NCBI GenBank assembly: GCA_024405635.1
Contig: JAKSOL010000005.1
Location: 68,938-132,937, forward strand
Direction of reading: 5' to 3'
DNA: 64,000 bases
Source: Salinivirgaceae bacterium
Lineage (GTDB): Bacteria > Bacteroidota > Bacteroidia > Bacteroidales > SZUA-534
The notes under the pieces are model-generated. The model searched no databases and was not told the origin of the DNA. It was given only the letters and a program-made list of their open reading frames with translations. A program made the translations under genes and the position numbers. Below, piece by piece: positions 20,901-30,799 of the stretch; within the stretch, counting starts at the first letter, position 1, and each line of letters starts with the position of its first letter.

Positions 20901-23900
20901 CTAAAACCAAAGGTGAAGTAATAGTTGTCGGCAGTTACTGCATTGTTTGTTGTAATGGTGCCCGAAGTTAGCGAGCCGCTGGCAGTTGCTTGGCACACGT
21001 TCCAAATTGAAGCGCCATCGAACTCAACCACATTAAGTCGTTGTTTAAGCAGTGTTAAGTTGGTAAACATTGGGCACGACTGACTGTCCCAACGCAAACC
21101 CACTTTGGCATTGCTTGCGGCATCGGGACGCTTAACAATCCAGTACTCGTTGTCGCTTATTTCGGTAAGTGTAGCGTCAATGTTGGCGCAAACGTTGGTT
21201 GGGTCTTCGTTTTTGTATTCGGCAGTCCAGTATTTTGCCGATGCGCCATTGTTGTTTACGTTGCTGAGTGTAATGTAACCCAAACGCGAGCCGTTGCCCA
21301 CAGGGAATTTAAATGTTCCACTATTGCTGATGTTTTTGCGCAAAGGACCATCGACAAACGAAGTTGCGCTGCCGCCATTTACTGCCGATGCGCTTGTGTT
21401 TGATATGCTTATGAGCGAATTGCTGGCAGTGTAGAGCACTCCATTGGTTAAATAAAGAGTGTTGGCAACAATCAAGTTATTGTTTGATGTTCCATTGTTG
21501 GTTACGTCAACGCCAGCAGGGTTGTTTATCTGCAAATTATAGAATTGAGCATCGGTGCGCACATCGATTAGTTGCAAATTGGTGCCAACAAAACGCACAA
21601 TGCTTGTTCCGCAAATGTAGCCGGAGTTTGTAGTGTTAAGGTCGGTAAAGTTGCCGCCCACGTAAAAGTCGCGATTTGAAACCGAGTTGTCGATGTGGCA
21701 ACCGTTTTCAATGGTTACATTACCTTTTGCATAGAACTGCGCAGTGGTAATGTTTTTGGTTCCGTTGCCTTTAAACACCACATTTTGGAACGGATTGTAG
21801 TAGTTGCCCGGTTTAGCAGGCAGTGTGGCGGTGTGTTCGCCATAAAACTCAATGGTGCTTGATGCGTTGTTGTAAAATTCAGCATACTCGCCGGCAGGAA
21901 CTTTAAACGAGTACATGCCGCTTCCGTTGTCAATTTCGCCCACGCTCAAAGTACCACCGCCGCGAACAATACCCAAGTTATGACCAACGGTGGTGCCCAC
22001 ATCAAGTTTACCGCCCTCGTCAATTGTTACGCTATATGCGCAATTTGGCGACGAACCATCCATTGTTATGGTATGTCCGTTTTGAATTATCACCGGGTTG
22101 CCGCTTGGTGCGTATTGTGCTGATTGCCAGTTGCCACCTGCATCAACATATTGCCACGAATTTTTATCGTTCCAGTTGCCCGATGTTTTACTGTAATAAG
22201 TAGGCAATTGCGAGTAAGCAGGGAATCCGCAAGTAAAATCGCCATTCAAGTTATCGATGCCCGAAATGGTGAAGGTATTGGCATCGGCATCAATGCTTGT
22301 TTCGTCGGGATAGTGATGCCATTGCGATTCGGCAAAACGTTGACCAATCATAAGCGATTCGCTACCGCCGTCGGTCAATAGGTTGTCGGTGTAGGTAAAA
22401 TCGATGTTGGCCGAAATGTTGTCTAATCCGCTGGTTGTCACCATCCAGTAATAATTCAAGCAGTTGATTGGTTCGGTGGCTGGCGATATTGATGTGTGCC
22501 TATAGTTTATCGGTTTAATATTAACATAACCATTGTTGCTTGTTAGCGACGAGAATGTGTAGGTTACTGGTGTATAGTTGTCGGCAATGCCTATACAGAA
22601 TTTAAAACTTCCGGTAAATCCGTTGTCGAAATACTTTATAACGCCCGCATCGCCAATGGCACCATTTAGTACAATCATAGCCACGCTTGCATCGTTTATA
22701 GTAGCTGTTTTGGTTAAATACAATTGATAATCGTTGGCATACAAATTTTCGCTCAAAGTAAGTTCGCCGGTTATCTCAATAGCATTGGTCATTTCGGTAT
22801 AGTTGCCAATTCTGACATTTCCGAACGATGCCACGCTGTTGCCGCTGCTTAACATTGATGCCGACGACGACACAAATTGTGTTGAACCTGAACCTTCAAA
22901 AGCAAGGTATCCTCCCGCAGCTGAACTTATGTGTTTACCGTCGTTTACAACATTCGATTTGGCTACTATTTTGTTGCCCGCATCGTCAACTGTACCTCTA
23001 TTAATGGTGAGTGTGTTTTCGGCGGTGATGGCAACATTGTCTAACTGAACTTTTGAAGGGTTATCAAAAGTTAGTTTGTTGAACTTAAGTTTTGGAACTG
23101 TTGTTGAGCTTGCACCTATGCCAATAATTTTTTGCAAACCAGTTCCGTCAAATGTAGTGGTTTGGTTTCCGGTTGATGTGTAATAGTAGCCGTTGGCGTT
23201 GTAGGTTACAAAATCGCCAGCAATGTTTAGGTTGTTGCTGTTTACATAAACTTTTGAGTTTCGGTTTATAGTAAGCGAGCCATTCATGTCGATTGCACTG
23301 GTTACAAATTGCAAGGTTTGAGCTTTGCTCTCGGTACCAACCGTAACATTAAAAATTTCGGTTCCAGCATTCATGTAGTAGGTTTGGTCCGATGCGCACT
23401 CTGCATCGTTGCTACCAATTGCAATTGTACCACCTGTGGCGCTCGATGTTGCGCAACTTAGTTCAATGTCGGCAATGCTTGCGTCGTTTAGTCCGCCACC
23501 AAGTATGGTTATTTGACCGCCCGATATGTTAAAGTTACCGTTGTTGCACACCTCAAAAAGAGCGCGGTGGTTTGTTTGTCCGTTGTCGCGTTTGTTACCA
23601 AATATCTTAACCTCGCCACCACTTTGCTTGTATGTTAAATCGCCCAAAGCAACAGCATAGCTACGACGAATTTGACCTAACACGTTCAACACGCCACCTC
23701 TAATATCAATGGTTGGGTGACCACTGCTATACTCAATGTCGGTTGCACCGGTGGCGGTTCCCACTGTAAGTTCGCCGCCATAAACCTTTATTGTGCCATT
23801 AAGGTTTAATGTGAGATTGGTTGCGGTGCTATTGCACACATTTACTTTACCGCGGTTAACCCACAGGCAAGCCGACGATTTAACTTCAAAGTTTGCGTTT

Positions 23901-26900
23901 TCGGTAATGTTCAAATCAACATCATCGGCATCAATTTGGAATGTTCCATTGCGCAAATCGAGAAAAGCTCCGTCTACTTGAGTTACTGCAATATTTTTCT
24001 GCAACGACAACACTGCTGTGGTATCGGTGCCTTTGTCGCAAATAAGATTATACAAACTTATTGTTCCTGTACCTTTTATTGTGTCGTTGCGAGTACCTGT
24101 AAAGGTTGTTACAACGCCGCCGCCTGTATTAAACGCAATTGCGCCATTGCAAACCATGTTGCCATACAGGGTAAAGTTGTGTCTGCGGCTGTTTCCGTTA
24201 CGCAAGTTTGCTCCTGCACTTACGTTTACATTACCCTCAACCACAACGTTTTGTGCACTATTTGCGTTGTTATACTCCAACGTACCAGTCGCAACATTTA
24301 AATCGCCTTTAATTGTTACGGTTCTTGTGCTTATCTGGTTGTTGAATTTGTTAGTAGCCGTACCATTGTTTTGCGATGTTAAGTTGCCATAAACGGTAAT
24401 ATCTACATTGGGCAAAGTGGTTGAGCGATTGTTTGTTGCCGACAAAATCAGGTTGTTGTAGGTTGTAACACTGGCACTTGGGGTAATGTTGTTTGCTGAT
24501 GCGTAATACTCAACTGTACCACCGCCAGCTCGCAAAAAAGTTCCAAAGTCGCCATTGGGGAAGTAGTTGTTGCTGCTTATTCGCAAAGTTCCATTACCAC
24601 CAACAGCGCCATCGGGCAAGAAACCAAAGTTATGACCTTGGGTTGTTCCCAAATCGAGCATTGACCCGTTTGCAATGTTCAAACTGCCGCAGTTTACATT
24701 GCCGCGACTAATTGTAATGGTGTGGTTGTGGGTTTGGTCGCCAATAAACACAACTGTGCGCGCTCCCGGAGTGCCTGCACCACCGGCCCCACCAACCTCA
24801 ACGCTCGACCACGAATTTGCATCGGACCAATCGCCCGGAGTGCTTGAACTGTACAATTTTTCGGGAGCTCGCGTCATTACAGAAACCGAGCCTGCGGTAA
24901 AATCGCCATTAATCACTGGGCAACTTTCCCAACGGAAGTTGTTGTTGTTTTCGTCAACCAACGATGTGTTGGTGTTTGGCACCCATTGGTCAACATAATA
25001 ATATGCGGGAATGTAGCTTGATTCGGCTGTAGCATTATTCACAAAATCGTTTGAATTGTAGTAATAGTAATGGTTTACCGATGTTACGCCCTCAAAACCA
25101 GCACTTGAGTTGCTCCAATAACATTTAAGTGCATTGTCGGTGTTGTTAAGCACATAGTGCAAACTGTTTACAGGCCTACTGGTTACCGAACCGTATGCAG
25201 TTGGTTCAACATCAAACTGAATTTCGGCTGGCAAATAGTAGTTGCCAAATCCGTATGGGAAAACAAACTTGTTGGTGTTGCTAAACATTTTTGTGATACC
25301 GCCATCGGATTGGTTGCCGTCAGTGGTTATCATTTTTCGGTTGCTGAATGCTTTTCCTGCCGATTCGTTTGAATAAATATCGGCATCGGCATCGTTAAGA
25401 TTTAGGTTGTAGCTGCCAATGTTGAGAATTGTATTGCTCAACAACCGCAAGCAGCCAGTTACTTCAACATTAGAAGCTAATGCAACCGAGCCTCCGCTTT
25501 TGTTTATATGAAGGTTGTTAAACGATCCGTTTCCGCTAATGGTTTGCACATTGCCACCATTTAATATAATACTACCAGCGGTTGAGTTTGAATTGTAGTG
25601 TACTCCGTTGTTTTCAACATTGCCCGAAACGGTAAGAGTTTTTGCATTGTCGGCCAAAGTTGCATTTTGTTCAATTGATAGTTGATTGCGAACTACAATG
25701 TTGCTTTGTAAACGTAGATATGCGCCATTGGCAACGGTTAAATTGTTAAGGTTGTTATTTATTGTGCCGTTGTTGCTAAATAACTGAACGTTGCCATTGC
25801 CGTTAAAAATTGTAGTGTTGTTGCCTGGTGTGTATGTGCAGCCGTTGTTTATAATAAAGTTTCCGCCCACATACACATTTTGGTTATTTGCGTTTAAACG
25901 GCCACCATTTTGCAAAGTTAAATTATTAAGCACCACAAGAGGCTGAATATCAACAGCCTCCGAGCCATATCCTTGTTCATACCTCACAATTTGGGTTCCT
26001 TCGGTTCCGCTTGTTCCCTCAATAACTAAATCCCAAAACGGAGCAGTACTATTAATGTTTGCATTGTATGATTGTCCCCACCAATTTTCGGCAAACACTT
26101 TAACCGTACCACCAGTAATATTACAATTCGAAGGGTCGGCACCAATCACAATTGCTCTTCCTGAACCTTGAGCGTTTCCACTGGTTCCTCTGTGAACTTC
26201 TAGAGTTCCTCCGCTCATGTTGAAACTCATGCCCGAATAAGTCATTGAGAAAGTTGGGTGGGAGTTTTGTACGGCGTCGTTTCCTGTTACTTTCATTGTT
26301 CCGCCCGAAATGGTGAGCGAACCGCGGTGAGTACCGTCGGCCACTGATGTTCTGAAGATTGGTGTTTCAATGTAGCCATCTTGCAACTCAACAGCACCCG
26401 ACCAACGCATAATAAAACCATGTTGGTTGGTTAAATACACCTTACTGTTTGAGTTTGTAACTTTAAGTTTACCATAAATGACTAACGAGTTAGCATATCC
26501 ACCATTTTCTCGTTGGGTTGTTGTAACTGTAGCACCATCAACCCAAAGGCAGGCATTTGCGTCAATCACATAGTTAAAATCGCTGCTGGCATCTCTTTCC
26601 TCAACCATTGACGGCAAAATTATGTTTGCACCTAGTCTAAGTGTACCTTTCATAAGACCTAGTGCATAGTAATTGTTTACGCCATTGGTATAGTTGGTAT
26701 AGTCCGATTTCATGCCTGTGTTGTAACCAAAAAGCTTAAAGTTATTGGTATTGCTAGCATCAACATTCAAAATGTATGTTTGGTCAATACCTTTGTTTAT
26801 CTCAATTCGGTAGAAACGAGTTTCGCCGTTCAGCACTACATTCTGGTCTTTTGTACCATCGACAAAAGCCACATCTACACGGTCTTTTCTCCAGTTGAGG

Positions 26901-29332
26901 TAATCGGGGGCTGTTAGGTTGGTAAAATAGGCAGTACCATTATTGGTAAAGTTGCCATAAACCTCAAGCCTATGCGCCACTGGCACGTTTGTAATTGCAT
27001 CTGCACCATTGGTGTGTTTAATTGTTTGTGTAGCTGCCACTTGACCGGTACCTGTACGAATTGCAGCTCCGGCATTTACTGTAATATTTTGTTTCACTAC
27101 CATTGTTAAAGCTTGGGTGGCAGTGTTGCTGTTAATCATAAACGTACCATTTTGCACGGTAAAGTCGCCGTTTACGGTTATGTTTCGGGTTAATGTTGCT
27201 GTGGTGCCTGTAAGATTTATAATCAAATTGTTGTATGTAGTGCGATCGGGCAGAGTTATGTTGGCATTGCCATAATACTCAATTGTACCGCCATTTTCGG
27301 CAACAAAGTTCGATGCATAGTTTCCGCCCGGAAAAGTTGACGATTTTATTCGCATTAAACCTTGTCCGGTAACGGTGCCAAAGTTGTGTTGAGTTGTTGA
27401 GCCCAAATCAAGAGTACCGCCACTATATATCTGCAACGAAAGACATTTGGTGCCATTGGCGTTTATGGTTATTGTGTTTCCGTTTAAAATAACAACGCGG
27501 TCCGATTCGCCAGGAGCTGAAGTTGGAATGTTTGCGCCGTTACGATCTTGACCAGCGGGGTCAAAAGTCCACGATTCGGCCATATTCCAATATCCGCTTG
27601 TGAATGAGTAAAATGTTTTAACGTCTTCGCAAGCGCTCCATTGGCCCGACGGTGTACAGTTTTCAAAGGTTATGGTTTTGTTGTCGCGATTAAACGCACT
27701 TCCCGCAACGCTCCATTTTGACCATTCGAAACCATTGGAGCTACGGTAAGGAAATAGTTCATTGCCGGTATCATCGGTTGCAACAAAATCAAACTTCAAC
27801 CTTGCTTCGGCTACTTTGTCCGACTCTGTTGTCCAATAGCATTGCAAATCGGTTGCATTACCTTTACCAGAACGGTTGTTGGTGGAGCGTACCGAAACGT
27901 AACCTTGCCCATCGACATTTGCATTGCTAATTGTAAGTGGACGGTAGGTGTATGATGTGCCATTGATGTTACCAACGGGGATGGTTGTGTTAATTTTAGT
28001 TGCATCGCCTTGGTATGTCACAAAACCCTCGGTTGACGATTTGGCAAACACAAACATGTGCGCTTCGCCGTAAGCCGATGCTGAACTAATGGTAGCATTT
28101 GGGCCCAATGTAAAGCTGTAGTTGTTGGTTCCGCTATAAAGTTTTATTCTTCCTGAAGGCCAAGTAAATGTTCCGTTTACTGTTACACTTCCAGCAATTT
28201 CGCTGTTGCCTCCAACAAAATCCAAATTGTTGTAAGTACCTGAAAGAATCTTCGATGCTGCGTTTTTATAATAAATAGTTCCTGCTGTTGCATTTATAGT
28301 TGTAGCATCAACGCCACCGCCACTAATAGTATTAAAAGTAATATCAAATTCGGTTGAAATACGTTTGCCTGCTCCTATGCTTGTTGTTCCCGAAACAGTC
28401 ACATTGCCACAGGCCGACATTTCTGTTGAACCATTTAATGTCAAATTTTTATAAGAACCAGCTATCAGCGATGAGCACGATTCATTATACGTTACAGTTG
28501 ATGTGCTATTGATTAAACCATTTCCACATACGCTATTGCCAATGGTTAAATTGTTTCCACCAGTATTCAGATTGCCGCGCTCCAACTTTAGCGTTCCATT
28601 AACCGTTGTTGCTCCTGCCAATGTATAAGTTCCACCTCCAGATGTGGTTAAATTGTAGTATGTATATGTAGGAATGGTTTGTACGCCCGTTCCTGTAAAA
28701 TTCACAGTACCTGTGCCTGGATTAGCAGCGCTGCCACCTTCGTTTTTAGTTATGCAACCGCCACTCATTGTTCCACCAACATTTAGTGTTCCATTTCCAC
28801 TGAAATAGAAGAAGTTTCTATCAGCGTTACCATTCATTGTAATATTGCCACCAACAGTAACCTCGGCATTATCTTTTATTTCTATATAGCAATCTCTACT
28901 TGCGGCTCTAGAGTTTGCCATTGATATATTACCCTTAACAATAAGTTTGGCACCAGGTTCTACAACAATGTATTTTGGTTTGTTATTTTGACTAGGTGCA
29001 TTAATAGTCAAATTACTATTTATTGTTAAGGTTGCGCCGCTACGGATTGTCAATGACGAGCTATTATTACCATCAGCAATTGTAAGGCTATTCCAAGTTG
29101 TGTTATTGCTAACTATCTCGTTTCGGCCGTTCGCTATGGTATGGTCTTGAGCCTCCGCCCCTTCCACAAATAACACTAGAAAGGCAACCAACATAGCCAT
29201 ACGCTTAAATGCGTGGCGGTTGGTGTTTGAACAAAGAATGGGAATGAAGAACATGGTATTCCTCAATAGTTGTGCAAAATACATATTGGATCTTTGCATA
29301 ATTACATTTTTTACTGTATGGGCGGCATTCAT
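17945..29332 (-). CDS. Giant (3795 aa) T9SS type A sorting-domain surface protein with beta-solenoid macro-repeats and Ig-like domains
   Basis: Rich in N/T/G/S. Signal-like segment ends AEA-Q (true start may be a downstream Met). C-terminus has PLPITLVNF...WTTLSELNN.RFEIERS and the CTD IEPNPTNG...KIVKL. Confidence 0.88.
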   Translation of the reverse strand: MNAAHTVKNVIMQRSNMYFAQLLRNTMFFIPILCSNTNRHAFKRMAMLVAFLVLFVEGAEAQDHTIANGRNEIVSNNTTWNSLTIADGNNSSSLTIRSGATLTINSNLTINAPSQNNKPKYIVVEPGAKLIVKGNISMANSRAASRDCYIEIKDNAEVTVGGNITMNGNADRNFFYFSGNGTLNVGGTMSGGCITKNEGGSAANPGTGTVNFTGTGVQTIPTYTYYNLTTSGGGTYTLAGATTVNGTLKLERGNLNTGGNNLTIGNSVCGNGLINSTSTVTYNESCSSLIAGSYKNLTLNGSTEMSACGNVTVSGTTSIGAGKRISTEFDITFNTISGGGVDATTINATAGTIYYKNAASKILSGTYNNLDFVGGNSEIAGSVTVNGTFTWPSGRIKLYSGTNNYSFTLGPNATISSASAYGEAHMFVFAKSSTEGFVTYQGDATKINTTIPVGNINGTSYTYRPLTISNANVDGQGYVSVRSTNNRSGKGNATDLQCYWTTESDKVAEARLKFDFVATDDTGNELFPYRSSNGFEWSKWSVAGSAFNRDNKTITFENCTPSGQWSACEDVKTFYSFTSGYWNMAESWTFDPAGQDRNGANIPTSAPGESDRVVILNGNTITINANGTKCLSLQIYSGGTLDLGSTTQHNFGTVTGQGLMRIKSSTFPGGNYASNFVAENGGTIEYYGNANITLPDRTTYNNLIINLTGTTATLTRNITVNGDFTVQNGTFMINSNTATQALTMVVKQNITVNAGAAIRTGTGQVAATQTIKHTNGADAITNVPVAHRLEVYGNFTNNGTAYFTNLTAPDYLNWRKDRVDVAFVDGTKDQNVVLNGETRFYRIEINKGIDQTYILNVDASNTNNFKLFGYNTGMKSDYTNYTNGVNNYYALGLMKGTLRLGANIILPSMVEERDASSDFNYVIDANACLWVDGATVTTTQRENGGYANSLVIYGKLKVTNSNSKVYLTNQHGFIMRWSGAVELQDGYIETPIFRTSVADGTHRGSLTISGGTMKVTGNDAVQNSHPTFSMTYSGMSFNMSGGTLEVHRGTSGNAQGSGRAIVIGADPSNCNITGGTVKVFAENWWGQSYNANINSTAPFWDLVIEGTSGTEGTQIVRYEQGYGSEAVDIQPLVVLNNLTLQNGGRLNANNQNVYVGGNFIINNGCTYTPGNNTTIFNGNGNVQLFSNNGTINNNLNNLTVANGAYLRLQSNIVVRNQLSIEQNATLADNAKTLTVSGNVENNGVHYNSNSTAGSIILNGGNVQTISGNGSFNNLHINKSGGSVALASNVEVTGCLRLLSNTILNIGSYNLNLNDADADIYSNESAGKAFSNRKMITTDGNQSDGGITKMFSNTNKFVFPYGFGNYYLPAEIQFDVEPTAYGSVTSRPVNSLHYVLNNTDNALKCYWSNSSAGFEGVTSVNHYYYYNSNDFVNNATAESSYIPAYYYVDQWVPNTNTSLVDENNNNFRWESCPVINGDFTAGSVSVMTRAPEKLYSSSTPGDWSDANSWSSVEVGGAGGAGTPGARTVVFIGDQTHNHTITISRGNVNCGSLNIANGSMLDLGTTQGHNFGFLPDGAVGGNGTLRISSNNYFPNGDFGTFLRAGGGTVEYYASANNITPSASVTTYNNLILSATNNRSTTLPNVDITVYGNLTSQNNGTATNKFNNQISTRTVTIKGDLNVATGTLEYNNANSAQNVVVEGNVNVSAGANLRNGNSRRHNFTLYGNMVCNGAIAFNTGGGVVTTFTGTRNDTIKGTGTISLYNLICDKGTDTTAVLSLQKNIAVTQVDGAFLDLRNGTFQIDADDVDLNITENANFEVKSSACLWVNRGKVNVCNSTATNLTLNLNGTIKVYGGELTVGTATGATDIEYSSGHPTIDIRGGVLNVLGQIRRSYAVALGDLTYKQSGGEVKIFGNKRDNGQTNHRALFEVCNNGNFNISGGQITILGGGLNDASIADIELSCATSSATGGTIAIGSNDAECASDQTYYMNAGTEIFNVTVGTESKAQTLQFVTSAIDMNGSLTINRNSKVYVNSNNLNIAGDFVTYNANGYYYTSTGNQTTTFDGTGLQKIIGIGASSTTVPKLKFNKLTFDNPSKVQLDNVAITAENTLTINRGTVDDAGNKIVAKSNVVNDGKHISSAAGGYLAFEGSGSTQFVSSSASMLSSGNSVASFGNVRIGNYTEMTNAIEITGELTLSENLYANDYQLYLTKTATINDASVAMIVLNGAIGDAGVIKYFDNGFTGSFKFCIGIADNYTPVTYTFSSLTSNNGYVNIKPINYRHTSISPATEPINCLNYYWMVTTSGLDNISANIDFTYTDNLLTDGGSESLMIGQRFAESQWHHYPDETSIDADANTFTISGIDNLNGDFTCGFPAYSQLPTYYSKTSGNWNDKNSWQYVDAGGNWQSAQYAPSGNPVIIQNGHTITMDGSSPNCAYSVTIDEGGKLDVGTTVGHNLGIVRGGGTLSVGEIDNGSGMYSFKVPAGEYAEFYNNASSTIEFYGEHTATLPAKPGNYYNPFQNVVFKGNGTKNITTAQFYAKGNVTIENGCHIDNSVSNRDFYVGGNFTDLNTTNSGYICGTSIVRFVGTNLQLIDVRTDAQFYNLQINNPAGVDVTNNGTSNNNLIVANTLYLTNGVLYTASNSLISISNTSASAVNGGSATSFVDGPLRKNISNSGTFKFPVGNGSRLGYITLSNVNNNGASAKYWTAEYKNEDPTNVCANIDATLTEISDNEYWIVKRPDAASNAKVGLRWDSQSCPMFTNLTLLKQRLNVVEFDGASIWNVCQATASGSLTSGTITTNNAVTADNYYFTFGFSGVIAEITTVATQTICNDGTQTANIDVALYGTAPFTLKYKIGSSEFTQSNINASTYTITRNSAQLGGVAGTYNIELVSVKDASTDGVVKLAAGTIDVLAAYEPVFVDASDVAGFNDVRTYVVENHAGSTYSWSWVGTAPQTTTPNNNSVTVKYPTTGSADGTLYVLKVTETASTGCAISVTHEITMFANPQPSFTAEVNICQTDVIAYQTSQVAGHTYKWYVDGAQVGTSSSVTINWSNYAAGSHTINVVESDSRLSGNKEKTVYVYASPVSQTIADIDAVCEGNQGVVTITGSEQNTTYKLFNQDDVNVGNTLSGTGAAIDFTTVKMTSYGNVNLYITASNQGCEMRIPASGYKTLTVKESPNVTITWPDLYLGAPTDVPFTVNSAVMPTHYSINYTDGGTNVASTALGNIVMTATGSNVEGYVTITANNGCSTDYQFAQTMLEGYVWSGAIDNDWSKTGNWFSNAVPSRTTDAIIRDVTNQPTIKSAAEVKSVKIESGGLTIENNNQLDVYGDWKCNDAATFTSNASTVSFNGASNVESDASFFNLAVASGASLSLGANALTVNGNIENNGTINGETSTLTLQGSAAITLSGSGDFNLNNLTIDNANGASLQTNLNINGALALVSGEVETNGNLITLNATATATSAAVNAYVNGQIRKNNIAAGTEFVFPIGNNGHRGMIGVNPVSVGSFTVGYSFNDDPDGEEIENKAESLLAVSQIDNWDVVCNSSPSVSSYISLYWDDNATSQINDASAMVVAHYNSSTSSWDDMGGSASSNGSGGKVTCTVPFSSYSPVALASSSLVNPLPITLVNFDAKQNGNAVEVSWTTLSELNNNRFEIERSTDGENFTLIGVVNGANTSNNRINYSFTDNNPEFGYQYYRLRQVDFDGQSTYAGKTICVKFVAQNDEPHLTIEPNPTNGKFTIEVNQSLADGNYAIFAQTGQVVKLGSVVGSTSVIDISNLPRGLYILQYTSSNVVMNQKIVKL

Positions 29333-29479
29333 AACTACTTCTTTTTTTAACTACACTAACGCTGCAAAAGATAAACAAAATTCTGTATTATAGACAGTTA
29401 TATTTGTTGAGCATCGCAAGTGTTTAGTCTGTTTTTTTTCATTTTTTTAATTAACGGCCCTACATTATCTTCAAACAAA

Positions 29480-29515
29480 AAAACTCCGCAAAAGAAAATT
29501 CCTCTGCGGAGTTTT
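29480..29515 (-). terminator. Terminator of the LRR lipoprotein gene
   Basis: AAAACTCCGCA...TGCGGAGTTTT. Confidence 0.75.
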
Positions 29516-29537
29516 ATCTTTTCAACTCAAAGTTTAT

Positions 29538-30677
29538 TTATCGCAATTGTGGTGGCAAAGGATTTTTGTAACCATGCTCAACAATATGTTTATAATCAGT
29601 TACGCCGTCATCAACCATCAATCTGCTTGTGTTAAAAGAAACTTGCACTTCGTGTTCACACTTAACTTCGGTAATATTTTTGTTGTCGCGCAAGTTCAAC
29701 TCTTTAATCGGATTCATTAAACAACTTAAGAATCTAAGATTCATATTATTCGACAAATCAACCGAAGAAATATTATTTCCTCTAAAACCTATGCTCTCCA
29801 ATTTTGGATTGTTTGCAACATTTATTTCCGAAATTTGATTCAACGCAAAGTCAAACAAAGCCAATTCTGGGTTTTTACTAACATCAATTTGTGATAGTTT
29901 GTTTTTTCCTGTATAAAATTTCTTCAACATTACGTTGTTGCTCACATTCACCTCGCCAAGCTCATTTGATGTGCATATTAGCTCAACTAGTTTAGGGCAT
30001 TTCGAAACATCGATGCTTTCAATTTTGTTGTTTGAACACGATATTGAAGTCAACTTTGTATTTGCAGTCAAATCCATTTTTTTAAGCTGATTTTGCGAGC
30101 AACTAACCACATCAATATCTTTACAATTACTCAAATTGAGTTCACTTAACATGTTGTAATTAGCAATAAGTTCAAGCAACTTAGTGTTGTTCGTTACATT
30201 GAGATTGGTTAGTTCGTTGCTTGCGCAAGCAATAACAATCAACTCGCGATTATTACTAGTGTTCAGTTCTTTTATCTTGTTGTTTGAGCATACCAACACT
30301 TGCAAGTCGCGGCATTTGCTAACATCAACTTTCTCAATTGCGTTTTTTGAGCAGTCAAAAACCTTCAGTTTTGTATTATTGGTTACTTCAATCTCGGTCA
30401 ATTCGTTTCCAATTACCACAAAAACCGAAAGATTTGGAAACAGTTCATTTCCTTTAAAGGTTCTAACTTTTTTTTCGCACAAAACAATTGAGTCAACTGC
30501 ATTTAACTCAGCCACTTGCAAAATTCCGTCATTCGATTTATCGAACTTTAACACATAGTTTCTAAAAATATCGTCGGGAAAATTTTTAGCATCAATAGCC
30601 ACATCGGTTTGCTTTGTAGCACAACCACTTAAGCAAGCTGCAAATAACATTGCAAAGAATAAAATTTGCTTTTTCAT
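29538..30677 (-). CDS. Leucine-rich repeat lipoprotein
   Basis: Start MKKQILFF...LSGC lipobox, NFPDxxFR cap, 21-aa LxxLxCxxNxLxxLxVSxN repeats; TACATTTG element at 30705-30712 (-). Confidence 0.85.
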   Translation of the reverse strand: MKKQILFFAMLFAACLSGCATKQTDVAIDAKNFPDDIFRNYVLKFDKSNDGILQVAELNAVDSIVLCEKKVRTFKGNELFPNLSVFVVIGNELTEIEVTNNTKLKVFDCSKNAIEKVDVSKCRDLQVLVCSNNKIKELNTSNNRELIVIACASNELTNLNVTNNTKLLELIANYNMLSELNLSNCKDIDVVSCSQNQLKKMDLTANTKLTSISCSNNKIESIDVSKCPKLVELICTSNELGEVNVSNNVMLKKFYTGKNKLSQIDVSKNPELALFDFALNQISEINVANNPKLESIGFRGNNISSVDLSNNMNLRFLSCLMNPIKELNLRDNKNITEVKCEHEVQVSFNTSRLMVDDGVTDYKHIVEHGYKNPLPPQLR

Positions 30678-30799
30678 TTCAATTTTATGTTTTTGATTTA
30701 TGGGCAAATGTAGAAATATTTGACGCTTGTTCAATAAGCAGTTTTGCGTTCTATTGGGCGGAAAACTACCTTTGCAACCACAAAACAAAACCACGCATT

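Noticed and set aside
18309-28005. Many antisense and alternate-frame ORFs inside the giant gene
   Set aside because: Expected shadows of a long gene with biased codon usage; no independent signals
30650-30799. Apparent overlap of the divergent LRR and DUF3109 ORFs
   Set aside because: Artefact of the longest-ORF starts. The lipobox and the two -7 elements place the true starts at 30677 (-) and about 30800 (+).
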